From positions 1 through 36,861 of the IMG/VR virus record IMGVR_UViG_3300021133_000014: a stretch of 36,861 nucleotides of DNA; one strand, given 5' to 3'. The stretch comes from a virus. Taxonomy: Duplodnaviria; Caudoviricetes. Under the pieces are notes generated by a model. The model ran no database searches. It was not told the DNA's origin and saw only the letters and a program-made list of their open reading frames with translations. The translations under genes were made by a program, and so were the position numbers. Shown here one piece after another: positions 11,891-22,722 of this stretch. How positions within the stretch are numbered: the stretch's first letter is position 1; every line of letters starts with the position of its first letter.

Positions 11891-12835
11891 ATGTCAAATA
11901 TAAGCATACCAATAAGCGGATTAAATCCATTATTTTCTATAAGTTCTAGTGATTTTATACCATTAGTTCAGAGTTCATCATTAACCACGTATAGAACCAC
12001 ATTTACTCAAGTCGGTAATTGGATATCAGCATCTGTTGGCGCTAGTTCATCATTAGTATCAGTATCCGCATCACATTCAAATTTTAGTGACAATTCATGT
12101 TCATCGTCATTTGCGTCGACATCGTTAACTTCCAGTAATTTAATTTATCCAAATACATCGACCGCCTCATATTCGATTACATCTAGTAAATCAATATCGG
12201 CATCATTCGCACAAACTACTCCAATTCAAGTATCAGGGTCTTGGGCATCTGCCTCATTTACGTCTACATCTGCCTCATTTGCAAGTCAATCTATTACATC
12301 GAATTCGAGTATCACATCTACAAGTTCTTCGTATGCCAGTTCATCTACTCAAGCGAACTCGGCATTATTTGCAACATCGGCCACATCAGCCACATCGGCA
12401 TCGTGGGCATCTTCATCGTTGAACGCTCGTTCAGCTAGTTATGTATCTTCAGCGGTTTATGGCCCAAAATTTATAACGCCGATAATTTTTAATACTACAG
12501 TTCCGACTAATACATCTAATACGACATCATCTTCTATAGTTACGATTCAAGCATCAAGTTATCCTTGGATTGTCTCAGCATCGGCTCTTATTATGTATGC
12601 GTCCACCAGCGGCCTTGGTGGTGGAACCGGTCACGTTATAACTTCAATTAGTTCATCTAAAGCCGCTAGTTTATATTTAATAAATTCTACTCCAGCATCC
12701 GGCGACCAACATTATATCGTATCAAATCAGGCCATTTTTCCATTTGATACATCCGCGTTATCAGGAAGTTTCATAACATTATTTGATATCTGTAGAGTAG
12801 ATTATATAAATTGTTATATTATCGGATATTATTAA
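11891..12835 (+). CDS. Ser-rich tail-fibre-like virion protein
   Basis: Repeated SASFA/SASWA/SSSYA units; N-terminus similar in pattern to the previous gene. Confidence 0.55.
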   Translation: MSNISIPISGLNPLFSISSSDFIPLVQSSSLTTYRTTFTQVGNWISASVGASSSLVSVSASHSNFSDNSCSSSFASTSLTSSNLIYPNTSTASYSITSSKSISASFAQTTPIQVSGSWASASFTSTSASFASQSITSNSSITSTSSSYASSSTQANSALFATSATSATSASWASSSLNARSASYVSSAVYGPKFITPIIFNTTVPTNTSNTTSSSIVTIQASSYPWIVSASALIMYASTSGLGGGTGHVITSISSSKAASLYLINSTPASGDQHYIVSNQAIFPFDTSALSGSFITLFDICRVDYINCYIIGYY

Positions 12836-12848
12836 AAATTTATATAAA

Positions 12849-13886
12849 ATGAAAGATAAATTATTGCCGCCGTCAAAATTTCCGATGGTATTGGGAATTT
12901 CAGCATTACTAATAGCATTTTGTTCTGCATTTTTTAGTGTATATGGAATTGCAACGTTATTTGCAGGAGCATCCATATCAGCTATGGTGATGGCATCAAC
13001 TCTTGAAATAGGAAAATTAGTAGGTACTACATTCTTATATCGATATTGGTCTGAATGTACATTATTGTTAAAATCTTATTTAGTATCTGCAATTTTGATA
13101 CTAATGATTATTACATCACTAGGTATTTTCGGATATCTATCAGCAGCTTTCCAAAAATCTTCAATTGAATTCGGTGTAACTCAAGATAAAATAGTCGCCA
13201 TACAAGACCAAAAAACTTATTATCACGATAAAATCGACGCATCTAAGAAAAGAATAGATGATTTAGTAAAATTGCGCGAATCAGAAGAATCTAGGATGTC
13301 TCAGATATTAACTAATGAATATATTTCAAGAAATCCTGTACAACTAAGACAACTTCAACAACAAAACGTCGATTTGATTAGTGATACCGACAAAACTATC
13401 AAGGATGAAAATGTAAAAATACAAGATTCAATTGATGGTGTAGCTAAGATAGATGACCAAATCAATCAATTAAAACTGGGAACTGCTGGTAAAAAAGACG
13501 TTCAGACATTTAAATTTGTTGCAGATGCATTAAAATTACCACTGGACACTGTGGCCAGATGGTTTATAATTACAATTATTTTTGTCTTTGACCCATTAGC
13601 TATTTGTTTAATATTAGCATACAATGTAGCGACTTATAAAAAAGAAGACAAATCGATTAATATCATAACTCCACCAAACGAACCGACAATACCACAGATA
13701 CAAACAAACGTCGTACAACCTCCGCCAACACAGCCAGAACCACCAATCTCCACTCCATTACAATCTGCCGAGACGATTATTACTACACCCGCAGAACCAA
13801 TAATAGAAAAACTAAATGATTCCACCACCCCATCTTCAACGGATGGTATGAGTGATTTTTTTAGAAGTATGTTCAAAATTAGTTAA
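12849..13886 (+). CDS. membrane protein with central coiled coil and Pro/Thr-rich tail
   Basis: Three N-terminal hydrophobic segments, a coiled coil, then a fourth TM (IIFVFDPLAICLILA). Confidence 0.75.
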   Translation: MKDKLLPPSKFPMVLGISALLIAFCSAFFSVYGIATLFAGASISAMVMASTLEIGKLVGTTFLYRYWSECTLLLKSYLVSAILILMIITSLGIFGYLSAAFQKSSIEFGVTQDKIVAIQDQKTYYHDKIDASKKRIDDLVKLRESEESRMSQILTNEYISRNPVQLRQLQQQNVDLISDTDKTIKDENVKIQDSIDGVAKIDDQINQLKLGTAGKKDVQTFKFVADALKLPLDTVARWFIITIIFVFDPLAICLILAYNVATYKKEDKSINIITPPNEPTIPQIQTNVVQPPPTQPEPPISTPLQSAETIITTPAEPIIEKLNDSTTPSSTDGMSDFFRSMFKIS

Positions 13887-13894
13887 TTTGATAC

Positions 13895-13923
13895 TTGACA
13901 AATGGTAAGTTATGTACTAAACT
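13895..13923 (+). promoter_or_regulatory. sigma70-like promoter TTGACA-N17-TAAACT
   Basis: Intergenic, upstream of the operon that contains the sigma factor. Confidence 0.55.
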
Positions 13924-13998
13924 TAGAAAGTTAAAATTTTTGAGCATTTGGTTAATTACTAAACTATATATGTCACGATTACTTAAGCGTAATCTACG

Positions 13999-14133
13999 AT
14001 GAATCAAACAGATATAAATAATATAGTAGAGTTGTTAAACAAAGCCATAAAAAGAAATGATTGGGATTCAGTCAACGATGCTCTTGAATACGTTCAAGAA
14101 TTTCAAGACGAACCCCATTACGAAGAAGAATAA
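13999..14133 (+). CDS. 44-aa acidic peptide (MNQTDINNIVELLNKAIKRNDWD...)
   Basis: Hand translation; ends 5 nt before the next ATG; preferred over ORF-track 14057..14242. Confidence 0.55.
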   Translation: MNQTDINNIVELLNKAIKRNDWDSVNDALEYVQEFQDEPHYEEE

Positions 14134-14138
14134 GCATT

Positions 14139-14429
14139 ATGCTAGTTTTTTTAGTTATATTATTATCGGTATTGTTAACAGTATCTATCGTCGCCAACGT
14201 CCTCTTCTGGAGAGCAGGCGAACGACAGTTAGTGATAAATGAAATTTATTCTAATTGGATATCCGACTGGCGAACCCAAGTATTTAAGATTTGGGCTCAT
14301 ATGAAATTGCTTGATGACAAGCAAATGTTCGAGAAGGATGATGACGTTGGTGTAGTTTTCCAAGACATGATGCTCCTTATAAAGAGTCTCAACGATAGGA
14401 CAGAAGAAACCACAGAAGAAGGAGAATAA
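14139..14429 (+). CDS. small membrane-anchored protein
   Basis: N-terminal TM helix; FEKDDDVGVVF. Confidence 0.7.
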   Translation: MLVFLVILLSVLLTVSIVANVLFWRAGERQLVINEIYSNWISDWRTQVFKIWAHMKLLDDKQMFEKDDDVGVVFQDMMLLIKSLNDRTEETTEEGE

Positions 14430-14436
14430 GTTTTCT

Positions 14437-15381
14437 ATGAAAAAGAAAAAAGTCCTAAAGAATCATCGTGTACAGAAATCTAAAGTTGTTATTAAAAAAC
14501 AAAAAAAGACCGTACCTAAGGTTGTAAGAAAATATACCAAGAAGGTAAAATCTCCTACACAAACAACAGAGTCACCAATCTCTTTGACAGTCGTACCCCC
14601 TATTGCGACTCCAATTCTTACTACTGTTGCCGTTCCGATAACATTACCAAAGAAACGTGGTAGAAAAAGTAAAGGCGGAACCTCTCCAGATAGAATGTAT
14701 TTTACACAAGAGACAGAAGATAATATTATAAAATACAATGCATCGGAGGATATCCAATATAGAGAGGATATTTACAATACAAAAATTAAATATCCATTTG
14801 AAAAATTGGTGGAAAACATCTTTAATACCTTTAAATTCAGTTATTTTGAGACAAGTCCATTAGATGCTCAGAGAGAAACCGTATCTCATTTAGTATCTAA
14901 CATACACAAATTTGAAGCCGGTAAAGGTAAAGCATTTGCATATTTCTCCATTATTGCAAAACATTATTTAATAGCATTGAATAATTCTAACTATAAAAGA
15001 CGTAATCAACACGTTGAAATAGGCGAAGAACACGACGAACACACCGTTCAGTTACAGACCGAAGACACCCATTATAAAGACGCGGAAATGCGTGAATTTA
15101 TCAATTTAATGATAAAATTTTGGGAAAATAATGTGAATAAGATATTCACAAAACAACGAGATTTGGATATTGCCAACGCCGTTATTGAGTTATTTCGTTC
15201 GTCTGAGAGGATAGACGCTTTTAATAAAAAGGCTCTGTATTTGTATATTAGAGAAATTTCTACATGTAAGACCCAACAAATAACGAAAGTCATCAATAAG
15301 ATGAAACAATATCAGAATAATATCTCCCGTTCTTATATAAATCGTGGGTCTATAAATACTGAAAATTACATTAAGGTCTAA
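14437..15381 (+). CDS. phage sigma factor, T4 gp55-like (late transcription), with basic N-terminal extension
   Basis: MYFTQETE...KLVENI...HKFEAGKGKAFAYFSIIAK resembles sigma region 2 of gp55-type factors. Confidence 0.65.
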   Translation: MKKKKVLKNHRVQKSKVVIKKQKKTVPKVVRKYTKKVKSPTQTTESPISLTVVPPIATPILTTVAVPITLPKKRGRKSKGGTSPDRMYFTQETEDNIIKYNASEDIQYREDIYNTKIKYPFEKLVENIFNTFKFSYFETSPLDAQRETVSHLVSNIHKFEAGKGKAFAYFSIIAKHYLIALNNSNYKRRNQHVEIGEEHDEHTVQLQTEDTHYKDAEMREFINLMIKFWENNVNKIFTKQRDLDIANAVIELFRSSERIDAFNKKALYLYIREISTCKTQQITKVINKMKQYQNNISRSYINRGSINTENYIKV

Positions 15382-15412
15382 TAAACATTCATATGGTTCT
15401 ATTTATAGACGT

Positions 15413-15790
15413 ATGGATATTGATTTAGACTTATATAATGGCAAATCTTTCAAGGATTTGTGTAAAGATATCGTGACTAATCAATCTGCTCGTAAAACGC
15501 AGATTGAAGTCATGATATCCGATTTACGTCCCATGATTAAAACCATCAATGACGCCATGCAAGTATTCCCTCTGATTAAACAATACATTGATGCTGGCAT
15601 TTCCAACGATGAACATCTCGTAAAATTAGCTCAAATATGTCAGAGAATTATGTCGGCGCAGGCTTCATCGGAAGCCGGTGGAGGTTCGTTGGGTCTTAGT
15701 GAAGAAGAAAAGAAAGAACTAATGGCCAGTATCAATAATATAGCTGACGGAACTCCTATAACCGTGACTAAGATATCTAAAGACAAATAA
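15413..15790 (+). CDS. hypothetical helical protein
   Basis: First gene after a TATTTAT motif, heading the baseplate operon. Confidence 0.7.
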   Translation: MDIDLDLYNGKSFKDLCKDIVTNQSARKTQIEVMISDLRPMIKTINDAMQVFPLIKQYIDAGISNDEHLVKLAQICQRIMSAQASSEAGGGSLGLSEEEKKELMASINNIADGTPITVTKISKDK

Positions 15791-15794
15791 TTAT

Positions 15795-17417
15795 ATGTCA
15801 TATTGGAATAAACCATCTAGTACATCGTCTCCAATCTTAGATGTAACATCATTATCAAATAGACTTAGTAAAAATAGGTCTACTTCGTCGGATGAATTTT
15901 ATGAAATAGAACCAGCCATAGTTCTCGATATTATATTAGATAAAACCCACCCATATTTTACCAACGGTAGATTTAAGTTAAATCCAGACCAATGGCCGGT
16001 AAGCATTAATGGGAAACAACCAGATAAAGATGACCCAGATTATACTTGGATTGGTAGAGTATTGGTAAGACTCGTTTATAGTCAGATGAATGTAGAGAAA
16101 GAAGATTTAATTTGGGCGATGCCATTAGACTCAAATACGTCAGAATATCCAATATTAAATGAGACTGTGGGTGTTGTTTTTTATCTTGGTCAGTATTACT
16201 ATACAAAAAAAATAAACACATTTAATACACCAAATGCAAATGCAGATTTCAACTCTGAAATTTCTGCGGGTGGATTTAGGGATTCTAAAAATTCGATAGT
16301 ACAGGGAAATCGTGAATTAGTTTTAAAAACCACAGACCCAAAAGTCCCATATGTCGGCCCACTATCAAAATTAAATTCATTAGGTAGTATCGGATATTCA
16401 GGGGCATTAGGAAGATATTTCACTTATAATCCTAGAATTCGTTCAATTAAAAGACGAGAAGGTGACTTAGTATTTGAAAGTAGATTCGGACAATCTATTA
16501 GATTTGCGTCTTATGACGATAATAGAGATAATGACAAAGGATATAATTCAGATTTCGTAGGATATACCGACTATAAAGGAAGTGGCGTAATAAATCCATC
16601 TTCTAAAAAAGAAGCTGGTGGCGGAAATCCAATGATTATTATACGTAACCGCCAAAGACCGTTAGATAAGAGTAATGTCGATGAAAAGAACGTAGGTGGT
16701 TATATGTTAGAAGATGTTAATAATGATGGGTCATCCATCCACATAACATCAGGCGTAACGTTGAGTGGGTATAAGACTACGTGTTATAAGTCAATGTTTG
16801 GTGTCGGAGAAGAACAATCGACATTCGAGCCGCCAGGAGCCACGACGTTTGTATATCCAAAACTTACAGGGGACCAGATAGTAATTAATAGCGATAGAAT
16901 AGTCATTTCATCAAAAAAGAATGAAATGTTCCATTATTCTAAACGAAGAATGGCATTTGTTACTGATGACGAGTATACTATAGACGCCCATAATCAAATT
17001 GTTATTACAACAAATAATAAAACGGTATTGAATTCCCCGGCTATTTATTTAGGAGAGTATAATCAAACGGCCGAACCCGTTTTGTTAGGTCAAACGACTG
17101 TGAATTGGTTGTATGATATGTGTAACTGGATGTTGGAACATACTCATCTATATAAACATACACATCCTGATGCGCAGGGCGGGGATGTTGGCAATCCTAA
17201 TCCGATACAAACACAAACAACCGTACAATATATGAAATTACAAATATTGAGAGATACGCTTAAATCGCTTATGAGTAGAAGAGTATTCGTGGTTGGTGGC
17301 GGGTTCGCTCCAGGACAAAATGGAAAAAATATTTCTGGAGGAAAACCTCCGATATCAATCTCGACGTCATCGGGGGATGGAGTTCCCGGAGGATGGTCGG
17401 GAGTTAATCATAAATAA
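15795..17417 (+). CDS. baseplate central spike/hub protein (gp5/gpV-like)
   Basis: EGDLVFESRFGQSIRF, a beta-repeat region and a C-terminal HTH...HTH (HxH metal site); upstream of gp25/gp6 genes. Confidence 0.6.
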   Translation: MSYWNKPSSTSSPILDVTSLSNRLSKNRSTSSDEFYEIEPAIVLDIILDKTHPYFTNGRFKLNPDQWPVSINGKQPDKDDPDYTWIGRVLVRLVYSQMNVEKEDLIWAMPLDSNTSEYPILNETVGVVFYLGQYYYTKKINTFNTPNANADFNSEISAGGFRDSKNSIVQGNRELVLKTTDPKVPYVGPLSKLNSLGSIGYSGALGRYFTYNPRIRSIKRREGDLVFESRFGQSIRFASYDDNRDNDKGYNSDFVGYTDYKGSGVINPSSKKEAGGGNPMIIIRNRQRPLDKSNVDEKNVGGYMLEDVNNDGSSIHITSGVTLSGYKTTCYKSMFGVGEEQSTFEPPGATTFVYPKLTGDQIVINSDRIVISSKKNEMFHYSKRRMAFVTDDEYTIDAHNQIVITTNNKTVLNSPAIYLGEYNQTAEPVLLGQTTVNWLYDMCNWMLEHTHLYKHTHPDAQGGDVGNPNPIQTQTTVQYMKLQILRDTLKSLMSRRVFVVGGGFAPGQNGKNISGGKPPISISTSSGDGVPGGWSGVNHK

Positions 17418-17429
17418 ACACATACATAT

Positions 17430-17984
17430 ATGAAAATAGACGAACTAAAAAAAGCGATAAGAGGATTGGTCAGAGAAGAAGTACGAAAAGCTGTGGCCGA
17501 AGAAGTAAGTAAAGTTATGGGTAAGGTATTAGTTGAAATGGTCAAGGAAATAAAATCCAATGACGCCCAGAGACTCACCGAAGGTGTAGAGGAAGAAATT
17601 CCAGAGATAATACACACTAAAAATCCAAAATATAACTCGGTATTAGCCGAAACGGCCCGACATTCAAAACCTCTACAGAGAACTAGAGATTTAACTTCTG
17701 GATTGGCTGAATTAATGGATGGTGGATTTGACCGAATTGGACAAAATGAGAATGTTGGGATAGAAACTCAAGAACCCGCAACGAATCTAGGTTTCTTGAA
17801 ACAAATGGTTAATAGTTCTCCAGTTCCACAACAACAATCGGTATTAGATTCTGGGGCAGAAATTCCAGACGTTTTAAAGGGTGTATTTAAGAAGGATTTT
17901 AGAGCAGTTATGCGAAAAATGGACGAACAGAAAAGAGGTGGTGGTGGTGGATTTATAAATCCAGGAACAATTATGGGCGGATAA
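17430..17984 (+). CDS. hypothetical protein, possibly virion-associated
   Basis: ORF within the structural operon. Confidence 0.7.
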   Translation: MKIDELKKAIRGLVREEVRKAVAEEVSKVMGKVLVEMVKEIKSNDAQRLTEGVEEEIPEIIHTKNPKYNSVLAETARHSKPLQRTRDLTSGLAELMDGGFDRIGQNENVGIETQEPATNLGFLKQMVNSSPVPQQQSVLDSGAEIPDVLKGVFKKDFRAVMRKMDEQKRGGGGGFINPGTIMGG

Positions 17985-17985
17985 T

Positions 17986-18420
17986 ATGGCAACAAACATC
18001 ATAAACCCCACGACGGCTAAACCGATAGGTCTTACTATACCAATTCAAGATGGTAATAGTGGGTTTTTTAATCAATCCTTTGATACTCTTACACAAGTAA
18101 AGACTAATATTATCAATTTATTGAATACTCGTCAAGGTGAAAGACGATTTCAACCGACATTTGGAACCAGACTTTGGAATTTGGTGTTCGAACAAAACGT
18201 AGATACGTTGAAAGACCAGGCCATTAATATAGTAAATGAAGACATATTAACGTGGATACCAAACGTGACCGTTGTAGATATAACAGCAAACCTACTAACA
18301 ACTGACCAAATAAGTTCAAACAGGGATATTTATATGTTACAGATTGCTGTGACGTTTACGGTCAATTTGACAAAACAAACTGATACGGTATTAGTCACAA
18401 TCAATAATACGACATTGTAA
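17986..18420 (+). CDS. baseplate wedge protein, gp25/GPW-like
   Basis: NIINLLNTRQGERRFQPTFGTRLWNLVFE. Confidence 0.9.
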   Translation: MATNIINPTTAKPIGLTIPIQDGNSGFFNQSFDTLTQVKTNIINLLNTRQGERRFQPTFGTRLWNLVFEQNVDTLKDQAINIVNEDILTWIPNVTVVDITANLLTTDQISSNRDIYMLQIAVTFTVNLTKQTDTVLVTINNTTL

Positions 18421-18421
18421 T

Positions 18422-20410
18422 ATGGCCACCACAACACAAAAATCATTTAAACCGGGTAGTAAAGAGGTAAAATATCTTAACAAAGATTTTTCATCGTTCC
18501 GAGATAATTTAATCAATTTTGCTAAATATTACTATCCTAATACTTATGCGGATTTCACGGATGCTGCCCCCGGCATGATGTTTATTGACATGGCATCGTA
18601 TGTAGGCGACGTTTTATCATATTATACCGACTATACGTTCAAAGAAGGTCTTTTTTACAATACAACCGAAAGAAAGAACATAATAGCCTTGGCAAAATAT
18701 TTAGGTTATACTACATCACCAGCCAAAGGAGCAGTCGGCGAGGTAGATTTATTTCAAATTTGTCCATCCACTACCGATAATAATGGAAATTATATACCAG
18801 ATAACAATTACGCATTAAGCATTCAAGAGAATATGCAGGTGTCTAATAATGTAGGAGCATCGTTTTTGACATCTACATCAGTTGACTTCTCAGTAAATAC
18901 AAGTTTATCTCCACTAACGTCATCTGTATATCAAAGAGATTCTACCGGAGTTCCTACATTCTTTTTATTACAAAAATCTGCTAATGTTCGTTCTGGAAGA
19001 ACAGTCACAAAGACATTTACGGTCAGTACAATACAACCATATTTAAATCTTTATTTGAATGAAACTAATGTTTTAGAAATACTAAATGTTACCGACGCAG
19101 ATAATAATATATGGTATGAAGTGGATTTCTTGGCTCAGGAAATGGTGTTATCTGACGTTCCTAATACGGATTCATTTGAAGGAAGTTTATCACAATACCA
19201 AGGTTATGTACCATATATTTTAGATTATTTAAAAACTTCGAGACGATTTACAAAAAATGTGGATGAGAATAACATGACATTTTTACAATTTGGCGCAGGA
19301 ACTGACGGATTCGCAGATGAAATAATAAATCTAAGTTCACAACAAGTCGGAGTCGGATTATCTAATATAAACAATTTAAATTTATCATTAGACCCGTCAA
19401 ATTTTCTTAAAAATGACACGTATGGATTGGCTCCACAAAATACAACTCTAACAGTCACTTATACAATAGGAGGTGGAATACAGTCCAATTCTCCATCTAA
19501 TTCTGTGATTAACGTTGATTCTATAAATATTAATAACACCGTAGACGGGCTTACTCCTGAACAAGTTAATCTATTGAATACAGTTAAAACGTCGTTGAGA
19601 GTGAACAATTCCATCGCCACAGTCGGCGGCGCAGGACCTGAGAGTAATGATAATATACGTCAAAATGCTATAGCAGCATTCGCCGCTCAAAATCGAGTCG
19701 TCACTCAAGACGATTATTTGGCAAGAATATATGCATTGCCTGCTAAATACGGTTCGGTTGCCAAGGCCCAAATAATCACATATAACAGTTTAACCGTGAA
19801 TCAAAATCAAATTTTAACAGGAACTATAGATTCTAATAACACGGCGACTGTGAATAACAACAACACTCAAAATTATTTTAGAAATATTGCATACGACGGA
19901 AGTAATCCATTTGCCGTAAACTTGTATGTTCTATCATATGATGAAAATCAAAATCTAACCCAAGTTAATGAAGCGTTAACATCCAATTTATTAACTTATT
20001 TGAAACGTTACAGAATGTTAACGGATGGTATAAATATTATAGACGGATATATAATTAATATAGGAGTTAATTTTTCTATAACAACGTTTAAGGGGTATAA
20101 TAAAAAAGACGTATTATCAAATGTTATATCAACCATTAAAAATTTCTTTGACATTAGTCGGTGGGAATTTTCACAGGCAATCAATCTTAATAGTTTAAGA
20201 TTGGAGATGGCCAACATTGAAGGTGTACAGACAATTGCATCATTAAATATTGTAAATCTAACTCCATTAACGACCAACGGAGGAAATTATTCTTCCGTTG
20301 AATATGATATAAAAGCATCAACTCAGAATGATGTAATTTATCCATCATTGGACCCATCAATGTTTGAAATCAAATATCCGAATAGTGATATACGAGGAAC
20401 TGTATTGTAA
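18422..20410 (+). CDS. baseplate wedge protein, gp6/baseplate-J-like
   Basis: KDFSSFRDNL, DMASYVGDVLSYY, GGAGPES...IRQNA...QNRVVTQDDY. Confidence 0.88.
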   Translation: MATTTQKSFKPGSKEVKYLNKDFSSFRDNLINFAKYYYPNTYADFTDAAPGMMFIDMASYVGDVLSYYTDYTFKEGLFYNTTERKNIIALAKYLGYTTSPAKGAVGEVDLFQICPSTTDNNGNYIPDNNYALSIQENMQVSNNVGASFLTSTSVDFSVNTSLSPLTSSVYQRDSTGVPTFFLLQKSANVRSGRTVTKTFTVSTIQPYLNLYLNETNVLEILNVTDADNNIWYEVDFLAQEMVLSDVPNTDSFEGSLSQYQGYVPYILDYLKTSRRFTKNVDENNMTFLQFGAGTDGFADEIINLSSQQVGVGLSNINNLNLSLDPSNFLKNDTYGLAPQNTTLTVTYTIGGGIQSNSPSNSVINVDSININNTVDGLTPEQVNLLNTVKTSLRVNNSIATVGGAGPESNDNIRQNAIAAFAAQNRVVTQDDYLARIYALPAKYGSVAKAQIITYNSLTVNQNQILTGTIDSNNTATVNNNNTQNYFRNIAYDGSNPFAVNLYVLSYDENQNLTQVNEALTSNLLTYLKRYRMLTDGINIIDGYIINIGVNFSITTFKGYNKKDVLSNVISTIKNFFDISRWEFSQAINLNSLRLEMANIEGVQTIASLNIVNLTPLTTNGGNYSSVEYDIKASTQNDVIYPSLDPSMFEIKYPNSDIRGTVL

Positions 20411-20411
20411 T

Positions 20412-22721
20412 ATGCATCATTTTATTTATCCATCTCAAGACACGTTTATAACCAACACAATCGGCTATGCCAGTAGTAGCTTTGGTCTAGATGAGATTTT
20501 ACGAGTTGGTACGAAAGTCACAACAGTAAATCGTATATTACCGACTCGTACAGCAGAAGTGTCCGCATCGGCTCCTATATGTGTATCTGGGTTTTCCGGT
20601 TCAATTATTAACGCATCTATATCAAATGTGACATCATCAGTTGCAATTGGAACAATATCCAGCAGCATGTCCACGATTTATACATCGTATTTTACAGGAG
20701 ACGTCGATGGTTCTACTGTATATGGATTTAGTGGTAGTATGAGCGGCAGTATCACCGGCAGCGTATCCGGCATATTATTAGCATCTTATGTGGATTATTT
20801 CAATGGTTCTGTGGCCGGATTTTCAGGAAAAATTCTTACAGGAAATTTAGTCGGTGAAGATATATTAAACCAACAAAATACGGTCATAGAGAATTTGATA
20901 TATGTTAATAGGGCTCTGATTCAATTTGATTTAAACCAAATTTCAGAATCTATAGTAAAGGGAGATATATCAAATCCACAATTTTCATTAAAATTGAATG
21001 TAGCTAGAGAAGAAGAATTGCCTATCAAATATTCGATTTATGCATATCCTATACTACAAAGTTGGGTAATGGGTACTGGTTATGTATCCGACGGCGGCTC
21101 TTTAGATGGAGCTAGTTGGATTTACAGAGATACAACCAACCAATTAAATTGGGATGTAACAGGCTCTTCATATGATACATCATCGGTCGCATCGCAACAG
21201 TTCAATTATCAGGTCGGAGATGTTTACATGGATGTTACTAACATAGTAAATGGTTGGATTTATAGCGGGTCTCAAAACAATGGATTTTTAATTGTAAGTA
21301 GTGACGAGTTTTCTACCACAGGGTCAGGTATGGGACTTTATTTCTTTAGTAAAGATACTAATACGATTTACGAACCTAGATTAGATGTATCTTGGAATGA
21401 TGATTTTTCCTGGTCGACCGGAAGTATAACAACATCCAGCGCAAACATAACATCAGTTGACGCGGGTTTGATGGGCATAGTTTCAAATAATAGTGTGATA
21501 AACGGCGCATTATATGGTGGATTTACAGGAGTTTCTAGTATGATACAGTCATCTAGTATTTCTTATAGTTTTGATATTCAAACGTCTACCACATCATCCA
21601 CTACGACTGTCTATGCCAGTGGAATAATGGCGGCGATGGGAGTGAATGGATTAATACTAAGTATGTCAATCGTCGGAAATTTTTCGGGGTCTATTAGTAG
21701 TTCAATCGCCACGGTAATAAAAACATGTCAATCTTGTACACCTCAGTTTAATGCTGGATTTAATTATTCAGGTGGACAGAATCAAACTCAGTATGAAGGA
21801 CACGATATATACGGTTGGGGTCACGCATTTAATGAATTTAATCAATATGATTGGACTAGTGACCACGTATATCAACAAGAATTTGGACCAGGATTTTCTG
21901 GGTCAAATTGCGACCCATCGTATCAAGTAACATCGTCATTTTTAATGGGAACCTTAGAATCTGGTATATTTAGTGGAAGTACATTTACGTCCAGTTTGAT
22001 TAATGGGTATATACTTGGATACGGAAATCTAGTCGGCAGTTGGAATCAATATATGATTAATGGTACTAACATTAACGCATCATATCCATTTATTCCAATG
22101 TATCCATCCGCTATAATGGTAGGGTTCACAGGAAGTTATGTTAATGGTCAGGCATTTGGAGGAATTACACACTTATCATCTAGTTATGGAGTTAATAATT
22201 ATGGTATTTTTGATGGAGTGTTCACTTCAGGACCTCTGATGGGTATTAGTATCCACGCTCCATTTTCTGGTAGTATATTAAGTTCTAGTTATTTCTATAC
22301 CGGAAGTTTAAATTTAATATCATCTAGTTTAACTCCAATTGACACCAAAAAACCATTTACAGCAGTAATTCAAAATATGCCTACAACGATTAATGCAGGC
22401 GATATAATTAAAATAAACGTGTTCGCTCGTCAGGAATTTCCAATTAAGAATTTCAACCGACAAACACAATTCACGCAGTTTTTGACCCCACAATACTTAC
22501 CATCATCATCATATTATGAAATTAAAGATAACGAAACCGAAGAAATAATACTTGGGTTTGATAATTATACCAGGATAAGTTGTGATTCGACGGGAAATTA
22601 TTTCCTATTAGACACCACAGGCTACCCACAGGAAAGGTATTTTAGACTTTTAATCAGAGTTGAGGATAATGGAACTATATATACCTTTGATAAGGATAAC
22701 ATATTTAAGATTGTGAGATAA
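20412..22721 (+). CDS. virion structural protein with DNRLRE-like beta domain and Gly/Ser-rich inserts
   Basis: YPSQDTFI...RALIQFDL...SWVMGTG...NNGFLI...FFSKDT...PRLDVSW; start moved to ATG 20412. Confidence 0.6.
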   Translation: MHHFIYPSQDTFITNTIGYASSSFGLDEILRVGTKVTTVNRILPTRTAEVSASAPICVSGFSGSIINASISNVTSSVAIGTISSSMSTIYTSYFTGDVDGSTVYGFSGSMSGSITGSVSGILLASYVDYFNGSVAGFSGKILTGNLVGEDILNQQNTVIENLIYVNRALIQFDLNQISESIVKGDISNPQFSLKLNVAREEELPIKYSIYAYPILQSWVMGTGYVSDGGSLDGASWIYRDTTNQLNWDVTGSSYDTSSVASQQFNYQVGDVYMDVTNIVNGWIYSGSQNNGFLIVSSDEFSTTGSGMGLYFFSKDTNTIYEPRLDVSWNDDFSWSTGSITTSSANITSVDAGLMGIVSNNSVINGALYGGFTGVSSMIQSSSISYSFDIQTSTTSSTTTVYASGIMAAMGVNGLILSMSIVGNFSGSISSSIATVIKTCQSCTPQFNAGFNYSGGQNQTQYEGHDIYGWGHAFNEFNQYDWTSDHVYQQEFGPGFSGSNCDPSYQVTSSFLMGTLESGIFSGSTFTSSLINGYILGYGNLVGSWNQYMINGTNINASYPFIPMYPSAIMVGFTGSYVNGQAFGGITHLSSSYGVNNYGIFDGVFTSGPLMGISIHAPFSGSILSSSYFYTGSLNLISSSLTPIDTKKPFTAVIQNMPTTINAGDIIKINVFARQEFPIKNFNRQTQFTQFLTPQYLPSSSYYEIKDNETEEIILGFDNYTRISCDSTGNYFLLDTTGYPQERYFRLLIRVEDNGTIYTFDKDNIFKIVR

Positions 22722-22722
22722 A

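Noticed and set aside
13976-13994. Small hairpin GATTAC-TTAAGC-GTAATC upstream of the 13999 ORF
   Set aside because: A 6-bp stem without a U tract; could be regulatory but is not distinguishable from chance.
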